Positions 63,180 to 64,000 of a stretch of 64,000 nucleotides of DNA are shown here, piece after piece. Both the position numbers and the translations under genes were made by a program. This stretch comes from Candidatus Pacearchaeota archaeon (GTDB taxonomy: Archaea; Nanobdellota; Nanobdellia; Pacearchaeales; GW2011-AR1). The DNA lies in assembly GCA_041660485.1 (NCBI GenBank), contig JBAZWF010000001.1, positions 410,224-474,223 of the forward strand, in the 5' to 3' direction. The notes beneath the pieces were generated by a model. The model searched no databases. It worked only from the letters and a program-made list of their open reading frames with translations, and was not told the DNA's origin. Numbering within the stretch: position 1 is the first letter of the stretch; each line of letters opens with the position of its first letter.

Positions 63180-63257
63180 AGACTTATAATTAACTGCTGG
63201 TTTAAAAATATAATCTTCTAATTAATACTAAATATTCTAACAAAAGAAGCTACAAAC

Positions 63258-63536
63258 CTATTCCTGAGCAAATTCTGCTAAATCTTCAGAGCGTTGAGAT
63301 GGTATCGCTGACTGGCTGATAACAAATACATCACCTATAGATTTTACATAACTGTGTGGGATAATAACTCCTCTTGCTCCGCTGAAGATAGAATTTAAGC
63401 CAGTCTTTATTTTTATTCTCCAGCTTTCAACCTTGTTATTAACAAGATTAACTTCTTCAACCTCACCGAAAAAATTACCCTCATCAGTAAAGGCTTTTTT
63501 ACCAATAACTTCACTTACTTTTTTTATTTTAAGCAT
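63258..63536 (-). CDS. PRC-barrel domain protein
   Basis: 92 aa. VSEVIGKKAFTDEGNFFGEVEEVNLVNNKVESWRI .. IIPHSYVKSIGDVFVI is typical of archaeal PRC-barrel proteins. Confidence 0.6.
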   Translation of the reverse strand: MLKIKKVSEVIGKKAFTDEGNFFGEVEEVNLVNNKVESWRIKIKTGLNSIFSGARGVIIPHSYVKSIGDVFVISQSAIPSQRSEDLAEFAQE

Positions 63537-63612
63537 AAATTAATTTAAAATAGGGCTATTTATATACTTTTCTATAGTTAGTTTATATCAACGGAACATT
63601 TATAAAAAAATA

Positions 63613-64000
63613 ATGTTATATATGCTTATGTTCAGCTTAAAAGAGATTGGTAGTATGATCTTGGCAACAATTATCCTTACATTTGTAGTGAGTTATAATT
63701 CTATTCTTGCTTCTCCCCAAAATTTTATTAATATCTTTATAAATTTCATATTTATAGCAATAGTAGTATTATCAAGTGTCATTGCAAAGAAACTTGTAGC
63801 TTATTATTATGAAGCTAAAATAGAACACCAGATTTGGATGATTCAAAGATTTGGAATAAAGAAACAAGATTACTTCAAAAAGCCAATTCCTATGGGAGTA
63901 ATATTCCCATTTATTTTATCTTTAATTTCTATGGGCTATATTTGGTGGATGGCAGTTTTAGAATTTGATGTTTTTTCAACAACTGCAAGAGCTGCAAAAA
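63613..64000 (+). CDS. Hypothetical polytopic membrane protein, C-terminus outside the window
   Basis: Open frame from in-frame ATGs at 63613, 63622 and 63628 to the window end: MFSLKEIGSMILATIILTFVV... Confidence 0.45.
   Translation, partial: MLYMLMFSLKEIGSMILATIILTFVVSYNSILASPQNFINIFINFIFIAIVVLSSVIAKKLVAYYYEAKIEHQIWMIQRFGIKKQDYFKKPIPMGVIFPFILSLISMGYIWWMAVLEFDVFSTTARAAK

Overview
Strongly AT-rich archaeal sequence. Core archaeal genes are present: TFB, RadA, an RPA-like SSB, a GINS51-like protein, a RecJ/GAN-like DHH protein, EndoQ, aIF2-alpha, aEF-1beta, SRP54 and FtsY, an Sm-like protein, Nop10, Bud32, RNase Z, NDK and ribosomal proteins S8e, L44e, S3Ae and S15. They are interleaved with many secreted or membrane proteins of unknown function. 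This gene content fits a small-genome DPANN-type archaeon, but that is an inference because the window has no rRNA. I read six tRNA genes by eye; three carry long (51-65 nt) introns at the canonical 37/38 position. Accessory content worth attention: (1) A minus-strand type IV pilus-like locus (44874-58308) has a large FlaI/PilB-like ATPase, a FlaJ/TadC-like platform protein, a prepilin peptidase and at least 10 proteins with class III (prepilin) signal peptides. It also holds three unannotated mini-ORFs (one pilin-like), and several genes are translationally coupled. (2) A block bounded by convergent tRNA-Leu and tRNA-Val encodes a 2119-aa secreted protein ending in a papain-like module plus an SLT lytic-transglycosylase domain. 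It overlaps a 630-aa protein with a pilin-type N-terminus, and is followed by two tandem paralogs and a TrmB regulator. (3) Four of the six tRNA genes are followed within 100-200 nt by a second copy of their own 3' end. The intervening hairpin-rich mini-elements fall into two sequence families. (4) A free-standing double-motif LAGLIDADG ORF reads into the 5' exon of tRNA-Lys. (5) There are several short dispersed structured repeats, including a 57-nt GC-enriched element present twice and a 79-nt duplicated, hairpin-containing unit upstream of the pilus ATPase. I recognised no rRNA, CRISPR array, integrase or transposase. All calls come from reading the sequence and the ORF track; no database search was run.
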